Virus record (IMG/VR): IMGVR_UViG_3300014208_000024
Location: 160,001-224,000 of that record
From: a virus
Lineage: Duplodnaviria > Caudoviricetes
Reading direction: 5' to 3' (one strand)
DNA length: 64,000 nt
A program made the translations under genes and the position numbers. Positions 55,447 to 64,000 of the stretch are shown here, piece by piece. The notes under the pieces were generated by a model. It ran no database searches, was not told the DNA's origin, and saw only the letters and a list, made by a program, of their open reading frames with translations. The number at the start of each line of letters is the position of its first letter. The stretch's first letter is position 1.

Positions 55447-56858
55447 AAAGGTTTTACCACACGCAAATCTATTCTTTCTGGCATTACTCTTTGGGTTCCA
55501 GCTTCGCTTATTTTAAAGCTTATTTGATAGGTTTGGTTATGTAGTAACCAGGAAGCATCTAAATCAAAATAATTGGTTTTACAGTCATCTAATACAGCTT
55601 GGTTGACCTCTGTCCATGGAACAACTTCTTCTTGATTGTTCATAATTATTCTGTATTGTAAAGAATAAGACGTAGACGGTTTACTTGTGCTAAAATTAAC
55701 TCTTAAGTCACAATATATTCTTAATTTTTCATCTTGATGAACAATCATTCCTTGTTCTACCCCATATGTTTCTATTACATAATCATTAATTGAAGGTTTG
55801 GTAGCTGTAAAATAATTCTTTTGTATTTGAAAAGATTGTTCTATATTTTGATTATCATAAATACTAAAGCTTACATTTTTCCAGGTGTCAGTATATTTTT
55901 CTCCAGCTGTTGCTCCAGACATCCAAACATTAATGTAATATATTCCAGTAGAAAGTTGGTTTGGAATCAAATCAGAATAAATAACTGTATTCCCCTTTTT
56001 TATATCAACTGTTACAGCTGTTAAATTAACATTTGCAAAGTTATGCCCACTAAAAGCATAAAAAAATAGATTTGATGGCCTATTGTTTGAAACTTGCTTT
56101 CTATCGTCTTGAATTACTTGATTATAATTAACCTCCAAAAATGGTTTAAATGCTGAATTTGTTTTTTCTGTAAAAAACGAACAAATATATCTTGTGTCAG
56201 TACTTAATATTTCATAATCTCTTCTAAATGCGATTCCTAGACCGTAGTTTTGGGAACCGCCACTCAACCAATTTTTAACTATATCTGTTATGTCTACATC
56301 TATATCTTCGTTTCCTATGTCAAAATGTTGTGTAGTATAAAACGCTGTGGATGCAGTTGGGTTTTCATATACCCCTGGTTCATTCCAACTTACAGTAGAA
56401 GTTGCACTATTCCAATTAGAAACACCAGAAACTTGATAATTTCCAAACTGTCTTGCTACGTAAATTTCTTTTGTTAAATCATATCCTCTTCCTTCTTCCC
56501 AATATTTATTTATTGGGAAAAAAATTAAATCAAAAGAAGTTGCCACTTTTTTGAATAATACATCATATTCATATTCATCTTCAAGAGCCAAATCGCTTGG
56601 CTTTGAATTTTTTAGCTTTAATTTATATGAAGACACTAAAGATTCATTAATTTCTTTACTACTAAATTTTTGTTGTAAATCAGATAAATCAAAATTAAGT
56701 AAAAATCTGCTAATTGAATTTCTTTTACTTGGAGCAGTGTCAGTTCCTCCGCCACCATACCATAGGTCTGTTACAGAATTTTGTCCTGAATTTATACTGC
56801 TATATACTCCAGAAGCAATCGTATTGCTTTTTGATGGGTAGATTCTAAAAATTGACAT
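55443..56858 (-). CDS. Beta-rich virion protein with a DNRLRE-like domain
   Basis: ISRFLLNFDLSDL (SRxLLxFD), YWEEGRGYD, DIDVDITDIVKNWLSG..NYGLGI and FFTEKTNSAFKPFLEVNY. GATATTTATA motif upstream (56872-56881). Confidence 0.65.
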   Translation of the reverse strand: MSIFRIYPSKSNTIASGVYSSINSGQNSVTDLWYGGGGTDTAPSKRNSISRFLLNFDLSDLQQKFSSKEINESLVSSYKLKLKNSKPSDLALEDEYEYDVLFKKVATSFDLIFFPINKYWEEGRGYDLTKEIYVARQFGNYQVSGVSNWNSATSTVSWNEPGVYENPTASTAFYTTQHFDIGNEDIDVDITDIVKNWLSGGSQNYGLGIAFRRDYEILSTDTRYICSFFTEKTNSAFKPFLEVNYNQVIQDDRKQVSNNRPSNLFFYAFSGHNFANVNLTAVTVDIKKGNTVIYSDLIPNQLSTGIYYINVWMSGATAGEKYTDTWKNVSFSIYDNQNIEQSFQIQKNYFTATKPSINDYVIETYGVEQGMIVHQDEKLRIYCDLRVNFSTSKPSTSYSLQYRIIMNNQEEVVPWTEVNQAVLDDCKTNYFDLDASWLLHNQTYQISFKISEAGTQRVMPERIDLRVVKPF

Positions 56859-56871
56859 TTTCTTTTTTTAT

Positions 56872-56952
56872 TATAAATATCTCAGTTTATTATTTTTCAC
56901 AAATGCTTAATGAAAAATATAAATGTTTATTTTTTTTTAAGCAATATTTATA
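56872..56952. promoter_or_regulatory. Back-to-back late motifs serving divergent structural genes
   Basis: TATAAATA on + (56872-56879; TATTTATA on the minus strand) and AATATTTATA on + (56943-56952). Confidence 0.6.
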
Positions 56953-56968
56953 TTTAAACAAAACAATT

Positions 56969-57349
56969 ATGCAATCATTAGGAATAAAGTTTCCGTTTAC
57001 AGAAACATACAACGGAGGCGTAATCGGATATACAGAATTAGATACTGACGCTATAAGGTCTAATTTAACAGCATTTTTAACTTTAAAAAAGAGACAAAGG
57101 GTAATGAATAACAAACTTTATTCCCCGCTATATGATTACATTATGGAAATATGGGATCCGATAAGTGAATCTATTTTAACTGATGAGTTAAAAAAGAAGC
57201 TTACGGAATTTTTTCCAGAAATAAGTGTAAAAAAAATAAAATTTGAATTCGAAGAAGAATCAAATCTTTTACATTTATCTCTTTATTATATCATTAATGA
57301 TTTAAAAATAGAAGACTCTGTTTCTGTAAGCATATATGTTCAATCTTAA
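56969..57349 (+). CDS. gp25: Baseplate wedge/sheath-initiation protein, gp25-like (start revised to ATG 56969)
   Basis: LGIKFPF...AIRSNL..FLTLKKRQRVMN..LYS.LYDYIME...I..FFPEI.V..I. Confidence 0.8.
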   Translation: MQSLGIKFPFTETYNGGVIGYTELDTDAIRSNLTAFLTLKKRQRVMNNKLYSPLYDYIMEIWDPISESILTDELKKKLTEFFPEISVKKIKFEFEEESNLLHLSLYYIINDLKIEDSVSVSIYVQS

Positions 57350-57360
57350 AAAATTAAAAA

Positions 57361-59262
57361 ATGGCAAATCTAAATTTAAACGCACAATTTACTCAGTCAA
57401 TAGTTGGAATTAAACAAGTTAACTATCTAAGTAGAGATTTTCAAACCATAAGAACAGATTTAATTAATTATTTAAAAGCTTTTTTCCCAGATCAATGGCA
57501 AGATTTCAATGTTGCTTCCCCAGGTATGGCGCTTTTGGAATTAAATTCTTATGTTGGAGATTTACTTTCTTATTCAATTGATAAGAAATATAATGAACTT
57601 TTTATAGATGGAGTAACACAAAGAAGTTCTGTGTACAGAATGGCAAAAACATTTGGATTTAAGGTTCCAGGAGTTCGTCCTGCACTTACAATTGTAGACG
57701 TAATTGTAGAAGTTCCAACTACAGCAAATGGGCCCGATTATTCATATACACCAGTTTTAAGAACAGGACTTCAAATTGGAGGAGGGGGACAAACTTTTGA
57801 AACTGTTTATGATATCGATTTTTCTAGTGACTTTAGTGAAGACGGTAAAGCAAATAGAACAATACAACCAGTATTAAACGGAAACCAAGATCTTGTAAAA
57901 TATAGAATTCTCAAAAGAGAAATGGTTAAAGCTGGAGTTTCAAAAATATTAAAAGTAGAAATTGTATCTGGAGAAGAAAAACCATTCATGCAAATTACAC
58001 TTCCAGAAACAAATGTTTTGGAAATAGTTGATGTAATGGTAGAACCTGGGGTTGGATTAAATAAAACTCCTACATATGAAGATTTTCATGACAACTCAAA
58101 AAGATTCTGGGAAGTTGATTATTTAGCAACAGACAAAATTTTTGTTGAAGATGATAATGAACCATCAGTTAATGGAGTAAAAATAGGAAAATACTTACAG
58201 GTATCAAAAAGATTTATTAAAGAATTTATGTCTGATGGAACTTGTAAATTAACTTTTGGCGGGGGATCTGAAAATTATGATTCATATGAAGAATATTTAA
58301 CAAATTTAACAAGTACAAGTTGTTGTGATATAACAACCAGCCTCAATGTATCTTCTTTACTTTTAAATCCATCATTAGGAGAAATGGTTCCTGGAAATTC
58401 AACGCTGTATATAAAATATAGAATTGGTGGAGGAATTTTAAGTAACGTGGGATCAAATGTTTTACAATCTGTTGGTAATGTAAAAGGGGTTATATTAGGA
58501 TCTGATGCATCTATAAACCAATCAGTGTTATCTTCTATTAGAGCAAATAACCCAATTCCAGCTATAGGCGGAAGAGGTCTTCCTACTGTTAGTGAAATAA
58601 AGAATTTTATAGCTTCAAATTTTGCTTCACAAGATAGATGTGTTACCCTAGAAGATTACATTTCGAGATCATATCAAATACCTGGAAAGTTTGGTGCCCC
58701 ATTTAGAATTCATGGAGAAGTGAATGATAATAAAGTTATCTTATATATACTAACTAAAGATGCAAATGGAAGATTAAACGCAACATCAACAGGGGAAGTT
58801 AAAAGAAATTTGGCAACTTATGTGATTCCATATAGAATGATTAATGATTTTATTGAAATTAATGATGGAAAATTTGTAAACATAGAAGTTCAAGCTGATT
58901 TATTTATAGATAAAACATATAATGGTAGCGAAGTAAAATTAAATTCTATATTAAAAATTAAAGACTTTTTTGATACAGATAATTGGCAAATGAATCAACA
59001 TATATATGTTTCTCAATTAACAGACATTTTGAGAGAAATTCCTGGAGTAATAAACGTTGTTGATGTTAGATTTTATAATATTGAAAATGGTGCGTATTCA
59101 TCTACTCTTTGTTCACAAGCTACTGGAGGGAGAACGGAAGATACTACAGCTGGGGTTTATAAAACTCAAATAGAATTTATAGACAATACTATATTTAGTA
59201 CCCCACTTTCTATGTTCGAAGTGCGTTTCCCTGAAAAAGACATAAAAATCAGAATTGCTTAA
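57361..59262 (+). CDS. gp6: Baseplate wedge protein, gp6/baseplate J-like
   Basis: YLSRDFQTIR..LINYLK, WQDFN.ASPG..LLEL.SYVGD, AKTFGF, YRIGGG..SNVG, GGRGLPT..EI and QDRCVTLEDY. Confidence 0.9.
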   Translation: MANLNLNAQFTQSIVGIKQVNYLSRDFQTIRTDLINYLKAFFPDQWQDFNVASPGMALLELNSYVGDLLSYSIDKKYNELFIDGVTQRSSVYRMAKTFGFKVPGVRPALTIVDVIVEVPTTANGPDYSYTPVLRTGLQIGGGGQTFETVYDIDFSSDFSEDGKANRTIQPVLNGNQDLVKYRILKREMVKAGVSKILKVEIVSGEEKPFMQITLPETNVLEIVDVMVEPGVGLNKTPTYEDFHDNSKRFWEVDYLATDKIFVEDDNEPSVNGVKIGKYLQVSKRFIKEFMSDGTCKLTFGGGSENYDSYEEYLTNLTSTSCCDITTSLNVSSLLLNPSLGEMVPGNSTLYIKYRIGGGILSNVGSNVLQSVGNVKGVILGSDASINQSVLSSIRANNPIPAIGGRGLPTVSEIKNFIASNFASQDRCVTLEDYISRSYQIPGKFGAPFRIHGEVNDNKVILYILTKDANGRLNATSTGEVKRNLATYVIPYRMINDFIEINDGKFVNIEVQADLFIDKTYNGSEVKLNSILKIKDFFDTDNWQMNQHIYVSQLTDILREIPGVINVVDVRFYNIENGAYSSTLCSQATGGRTEDTTAGVYKTQIEFIDNTIFSTPLSMFEVRFPEKDIKIRIA

Positions 59263-59311
59263 TAATCAAATAGTTACAACATAAAAACGGCAAAAAAATA
59301 TAACTATTAAC

Positions 59312-62300
59312 ATGCAAGAAGAAATTTTAATAAATAGAAGCAGAACTGGTACGACAATTTATTTTTTTAACACAGACATCAATGAATATAATTATTCTGT
59401 TTCAACTGATCCTGCTGTTTTAAAATTTGGTACAACAGAAAGTGTTCCAATAGAGCTTGGGGTTTTTGATGGTGTTTTTTTATCTGCAAATCCAACTACT
59501 GTTTTGTGGAAAAGAAATACACAACAAAATAACATATTCAGTCCTGAAATAAGAATGGATTTTATATTAGACACACCTTATTCTCCACCTTCTGCCGATG
59601 ATTTACTAACAAGAAGTTCTTATACAACTTTTTCAACAAACAATCACGTTTCTTTTGCATTAGATCATATTACAGGAAGAACTTTTTCTCAAGTCAATAA
59701 TACAAAATTATCACAATCACAAAAAGATTCTATTACAAATAGATTTTTACAATCTATGAATTCTTTGTTTACTGCAGGAACAACTTCTTATGTGTTCTTT
59801 GAAGATATGCCAATTGATGATTTTTATGCAAACATTAAATTAGAAAGAAGTTTTGATGTTCTTAACACTTTAAATATTTACAACAAAGTAAGCGGAGAAT
59901 ATTCTTTAAGAGAATCTGCAACTGGAGTAGTTTTTGGTAAACTTGAGGCTGTTCAAAAATTAACCGACTCTGATGGTAATAAAATTAGAATTCCATTAAG
60001 AAATGTTCCAATTGGAATATTTAATTCATCAAATGATTTTGAAACCCCAAACTCATTAGATGCAGATGGAAATAGATTGAGATTAAACTTTAGACCTTTA
60101 GATTCAAGCGAAGATAATTATCCACGTGATCATTTAAATGAATATTTTAATATAGAAACTTCTACATTTGATAATAAATTTTTAAATGGAATTCCATTGG
60201 ATGGTTTAAATATTCATCCAACTTTCAAAAATGTTGTTTATACAAATGAAAATGGAGAATTTTTCCTACATGATATAAGCGTTGGTGCACAAATATTGTT
60301 TTTTGAAGTTGACTTATTAAAACAAGGTTTAACAAAAGATGAAGTTGCTTTGAATTATTTTCCTTATCCACCTTCTTTTGAAAACTTTTCTATTGACACT
60401 ATTCCTCATTATTTTTATAGAGCATTACCAATCGAAGTTGTTCCTTCGTGGGGAGAATTTGGACAAACTGGATATACACAAATAAATGTTTCGGTAAATT
60501 TAGATCTAAGAAAATGGTCAACATATATAATCCCGCCCGTTACATATAAGGGTTTTCCAATAGACTCTGCAGGATATCAAGATTATTCAAGGGCTCCTCT
60601 TATTGTACAGGTTAGAGATATGTCAAAATTTAACCAAAAAGTGGCTAGTGCACAAACCCCTGAAGAAAGATTAGAGACTTATCCTTCGAGACAAATTCAA
60701 ATGGTTGAAATATTAGATATAATTGACAGAAGTGTTGAGCAACAATGGGATTTTGCAAATGAATTTTCTCAAATAAAAGATAAGGCTATTTTTCACACAT
60801 ACGGATATCATGCTATAAAACTTCCATCAAACATATATGATGATGCTGGATATAAAACTGACAAATTTGGAGATCCAATGTCTTCAAATACATCAACAAA
60901 AGGGGTTTGGTTGTGTGGATACCAACTTAAAATGTTTTTAACAAAAGAATCAGAATTGTATAGAACAACAAGCTTAGCACTCTCACATGATGCAAATGGT
61001 ACTTGGTATGACAGAGACCATTTCCACTGCTGTTTAAATGAAGAAATACAAAACTACTACTCTTCTTCATATGATGCATATGAAAAAAGAGGAAGTGGAA
61101 TCGGAATATTTCCATACGAAAAAGCCTGGGACAAAAATTACCCAGAAAGATATTCAATTCCTAAATGTCCAAAAGAAAAAACATATGTTGATTATTATCT
61201 AAATAATTACAGAGACAGAATAGAATGTCCAGAATTTCAAGATGGAGATTTAATTAAAGGAAATTCTATGATAAATCCTGGAATTAATGGCCAAAACTGG
61301 AATGGTTTTGGATTAAGTTGGAATGGTTGGATAGAACAGTATACAGATTTTTCAACAGATGTAATTGGAAGTGCTCCAACTTCTGGAATGTATAAATATG
61401 AACCAATTGGAATGGGTAAATATGGACAAAATCAATATTTTGGATGCTATGCTAGTGGATATTACAACGACATTGATTACATAATAGGGAAACACTCAGA
61501 AGTAAAAAATGCAGAAAACTATCAAAGATTAGAAGCTGGTTATGGATATTTTTTGTTTCCATCAAGCATGCCAAGAATTGTTCCAGTAATTACCGAATCA
61601 TCAATTAGGGTTGATGGATTTTTACCAACAGAAGTAGATTCTACACACAGAAAACATGTTCAAAATTATTGTCAAACAACCATTGATGAATACGTTGATA
61701 ATAGTACAACAGACCTTGGAATGTCTAAAAACTCTTTAAACTTAAAAGGAACTGCAAATCACATGATTTCTTTTAGTGTGTTAAACAACGGAAAAACTAT
61801 TGCAATGGATTTATCTAAAAAACTAGGAACATTTCCTTTAATAAATGATAAATTAAATATTTATAGAATTATTGACAGTAAATATACAGTTTCTCATGAT
61901 ACTTTACAACCAACTATTCCAACTTTTACTTCTTTTGTTTTTGAAGAATTTAGAGTTACTAAAGAAAAAATTTACAAATCAGTATTGATACCATTTGTTA
62001 AATATGATTACAACAGAGTTATTCCAGAAGAAGAGCCTTTGTTAACAGATTCTGGGTCAATTAATCTTGATGTAGCTACTATTGAAATTTATAACACAGG
62101 AGATATTCCGCTTGTTCTTTTAATTCAATCAGAGGGCCAAGGTACTGATTTGGAAATAACTATTGAAGTAGGATTTAAAATAATTTTATATACTGGAGAT
62201 GTTAATTTTATAGAAACAACAACAGATACACAAAAAATGATAGATGTAGTTATGAAAAAAATTAAAATATTAGCCAGTGGAAATAAAGATTATGACGAGG

Positions 62301-62851
62301 TAGATAATAGATATACAAACACATCTATAACTTTTAAATTTTCAGCCAGTTGGCCTGGAGAATATAATTGTTCTAAAGTAATAAGTATACCAATAAAAGA
62401 TAAAGCTAATGTTAATTGCGTATTTCCAGCAAGTAATACTAAATATGATATTGAAAGTCAATATTATGCAAACACAATATGGAGAGCTGTAGATGTTAAA
62501 ACATATAAAAACTGGGATTCAAATGGATGGTTGGAAAATACAAATAATAATAAAAAGAATTATGATGGATATAGACTTTATTCAAGTGGTGTTTTTGCAA
62601 ATCCTGGAAAATACAATGCAATGGGTGCCGATTCAAATGGAACTTCTTTTGCATATATAGATGACAGCTGTTCAGCTAACACTAACGATTATAGAACTGA
62701 AAGAATGAATGCAGGTGGAACAATGGAGTTATATTGGTCTAAAGGAGAAAGAAAAAATCCAAATGCAAGCTTTACTCCAAATCTTCAATTGTTAAGTGAT
62801 GCGAAATGGGATGTTAATGAATTATGGAAATTAACCGATCCTCAATATTAA
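59312..62851 (+). CDS. Large baseplate/tail structural protein
   Basis: 1179 aa, directly after the gp6-like gene. GVVFGKL, RIPLRNVPIGIF and TNENGEFFLHDISVGAQILFFEVDL (carboxypeptidase-regulatory/Ig-like segment). Confidence 0.6.
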   Translation: MQEEILINRSRTGTTIYFFNTDINEYNYSVSTDPAVLKFGTTESVPIELGVFDGVFLSANPTTVLWKRNTQQNNIFSPEIRMDFILDTPYSPPSADDLLTRSSYTTFSTNNHVSFALDHITGRTFSQVNNTKLSQSQKDSITNRFLQSMNSLFTAGTTSYVFFEDMPIDDFYANIKLERSFDVLNTLNIYNKVSGEYSLRESATGVVFGKLEAVQKLTDSDGNKIRIPLRNVPIGIFNSSNDFETPNSLDADGNRLRLNFRPLDSSEDNYPRDHLNEYFNIETSTFDNKFLNGIPLDGLNIHPTFKNVVYTNENGEFFLHDISVGAQILFFEVDLLKQGLTKDEVALNYFPYPPSFENFSIDTIPHYFYRALPIEVVPSWGEFGQTGYTQINVSVNLDLRKWSTYIIPPVTYKGFPIDSAGYQDYSRAPLIVQVRDMSKFNQKVASAQTPEERLETYPSRQIQMVEILDIIDRSVEQQWDFANEFSQIKDKAIFHTYGYHAIKLPSNIYDDAGYKTDKFGDPMSSNTSTKGVWLCGYQLKMFLTKESELYRTTSLALSHDANGTWYDRDHFHCCLNEEIQNYYSSSYDAYEKRGSGIGIFPYEKAWDKNYPERYSIPKCPKEKTYVDYYLNNYRDRIECPEFQDGDLIKGNSMINPGINGQNWNGFGLSWNGWIEQYTDFSTDVIGSAPTSGMYKYEPIGMGKYGQNQYFGCYASGYYNDIDYIIGKHSEVKNAENYQRLEAGYGYFLFPSSMPRIVPVITESSIRVDGFLPTEVDSTHRKHVQNYCQTTIDEYVDNSTTDLGMSKNSLNLKGTANHMISFSVLNNGKTIAMDLSKKLGTFPLINDKLNIYRIIDSKYTVSHDTLQPTIPTFTSFVFEEFRVTKEKIYKSVLIPFVKYDYNRVIPEEEPLLTDSGSINLDVATIEIYNTGDIPLVLLIQSEGQGTDLEITIEVGFKIILYTGDVNFIETTTDTQKMIDVVMKKIKILASGNKDYDEVDNRYTNTSITFKFSASWPGEYNCSKVISIPIKDKANVNCVFPASNTKYDIESQYYANTIWRAVDVKTYKNWDSNGWLENTNNNKKNYDGYRLYSSGVFANPGKYNAMGADSNGTSFAYIDDSCSANTNDYRTERMNAGGTMELYWSKGERKNPNASFTPNLQLLSDAKWDVNELWKLTDPQY

Positions 62852-62860
62852 TAAATTAAA

Positions 62861-64000
62861 ATGGATAATAGAAAAAAAATATTATTAGGCAATAAAGATA
62901 TTTTATCAAGGACTGTTAAAGACTTTTATATTGATGTAAATCTTTCTAAAGACAATAGAGAAATTTGGCAATATAAATATGATAATGTTTTTGACATTAC
63001 ATATTTTTACAACAAAGAGCGTAGGGAAAGTAGGGAATTTATTATATATGGAGCAATTGATTCTTATTTGTGTGATTGTAATGATTTAATAATAAAAGTT
63101 TATGACAATAGTCAATGCATTGGACAACCAATTGCAACCACAAATTCAAAAGAGTTGGTTAGTCAGTATATGCCTTTTAAAAATCTATACGGAAAAAGAA
63201 GAGGAAGATATATTGTTGACAACATTCCTTTAGGGTTTTCTGGATTTTCTATCTACATGAAAGTAGAATCTCAAAATAGTTCAATAAATGATATAATACA
63301 ACATAATGTTTACGAACAACAAATAATATTTACAACATTAACTTTTAGTAATTCTGGAGAAAAAATAGTTGAGAAATTAGATTATGGGTTAAACGAAGCT
63401 GTTACTGATTGTGACGGAAATGTTTTCGAAGTAAATAATGATTTTGATTTTTTTTATAACAAACATTGGATTAAAAAAAATTTAAACATTATTAACTCTA
63501 ATAAAATTTGGATTGGTGATGAAAGTACAAAATATTGTGCAACAGAAGTAAAAAAACTTTATCATGATAGAATAGTTGTAGGAATTTTTAACACTGGATA
63601 TTTTGAATTTGTAAAAACTATGGAAGTTTACGAAATAGATATGTCTCCTACTGGAAATATTGAATTTAACGACGCTTCAAATATTGAACATTATCAACCG
63701 CCAATATATAATGACGGAATGTGTCCAATTCCAAAAGAATTTTCATTAAAAATAGAGATTCTTTTTTCTCCAGCTGATGGAAACAATTTTTTTACTGCGC
63801 CAACAGACAACATATTACTTTCTGTTTCTCCCGACGATTTTATTTTTGATAGCAACCAACCTGTTAGAAAATACCTTGAAACTGAAACAGTTACAGTAAT
63901 AATAGAAAACAATAATCCTCTATGGGAGTTTAATGATTTTTATTTAAACTCACAGCCTCAAAATTTAAATTCCTCTTTAAGTGTAAAAATGTTACAAGAC
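62861..64000 (+). CDS. Tail/baseplate-associated protein (partial, runs off the right edge)
   Basis: Not in the ORF track. Open frame from ATG 62861 to the end: MDNRKKILLGNKDILSRTVKDFYIDVNL...FYNKERRESREFIIYGAI... Confidence 0.65.
   Translation, partial: MDNRKKILLGNKDILSRTVKDFYIDVNLSKDNREIWQYKYDNVFDITYFYNKERRESREFIIYGAIDSYLCDCNDLIIKVYDNSQCIGQPIATTNSKELVSQYMPFKNLYGKRRGRYIVDNIPLGFSGFSIYMKVESQNSSINDIIQHNVYEQQIIFTTLTFSNSGEKIVEKLDYGLNEAVTDCDGNVFEVNNDFDFFYNKHWIKKNLNIINSNKIWIGDESTKYCATEVKKLYHDRIVVGIFNTGYFEFVKTMEVYEIDMSPTGNIEFNDASNIEHYQPPIYNDGMCPIPKEFSLKIEILFSPADGNNFFTAPTDNILLSVSPDDFIFDSNQPVRKYLETETVTVIIENNNPLWEFNDFYLNSQPQNLNSSLSVKMLQD

Noticed and set aside
15496-57349. Long N-terminal extensions in the ORF track (15496, 43174, 45871, 53866, 56852; also 2024)
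   Set aside because: The extensions run through promoters, terminators or neighbouring genes and are low-complexity F/I/K text. Downstream ATGs with A-rich leaders are better starts. The hydrophobic PhoH extension is not a real transmembrane segment.
791-63912. Short antisense or alternate-frame ORFs in the track (e.g. 791-991, 3815-4117, 16797-17126, 34043-34474, 40845-41384, 63694-63912)
   Set aside because: They lie wholly inside well-supported genes, have no start context and show shadow-frame composition.
1-64000. Stop-codon reassignment (as in some Bacteroidota megaphages)
   Set aside because: Long genes are intact under code 11. TGA ends several genes at coupled junctions (22469, 33123, 39160, 39954), and TAG ends genes at 6865 and 13672. 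No gene looks split by TAG or TGA. TAG is rare, so this is absence of evidence only.
1-64000. Giant eukaryotic virus (NCLDV) origin suggested by the glycan genes and HGxKYDY endonuclease
   Set aside because: The HK97/gp23 capsid, gp21 protease, contractile baseplate genes, sigma factor and intrinsic terminators indicate a bacteriophage.
1-64000. tRNA, rRNA, CRISPR array or diversity-generating retroelement
   Set aside because: No cloverleaf, spaced direct-repeat array, reverse transcriptase or TR/VR pair was seen. Intergenic gaps are short. A tRNAscan-SE/Infernal run would be the formal check.

Overview
This is a 64-kb, very AT-rich segment of a large tailed dsDNA phage, most likely a jumbo myovirus with T4-like morphogenesis genes. 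It uses the standard genetic code. The host is inferred to be Bacteroidota: several genes carry a TTTG-N19/20-TAnnTTT(G/A) promoter and A-rich leaders with no Shine-Dalgarno site. Layout: (i) 1-18.5 kb is a mostly minus-strand head/neck module (gp14-, gp13-, gp23-, gp22- and gp21-like genes plus candidate internal head proteins), interleaved with a homing endonuclease, a vWA protein, an ADP-ribosylglycohydrolase, a glycosyltransferase and PhoH. (ii) 18.57-43.14 kb is a single-strand island of 28 glycan genes: about 10 glycosyltransferase-like genes (GT2, GT7-like, GT10, GT11, GT17, DUF5672), 6 SAM methyltransferase-like genes, a B12 radical SAM enzyme, gmd, fcl, a ColD-type and an RfbH/E1-type 3-dehydratase, and no recognisable membrane or export gene. 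(iii) 43-51.7 kb holds a T5-A1-like phosphoesterase, a second homing endonuclease preceded by two small ribbon-helix-helix genes missed by the ORF track, a stand-alone paralog of the major capsid protein N-terminus, a degenerate HAD protein, two more glycosyltransferases and a phage sigma factor. (iv) 51.7-64 kb is a baseplate/tail module (gp5-, gp25- and gp6-like). Virion genes share a sense-strand TATTTAT(A) motif, the reverse complement of the T4 late promoter. All product calls come from motif recognition by eye; no database search was run.
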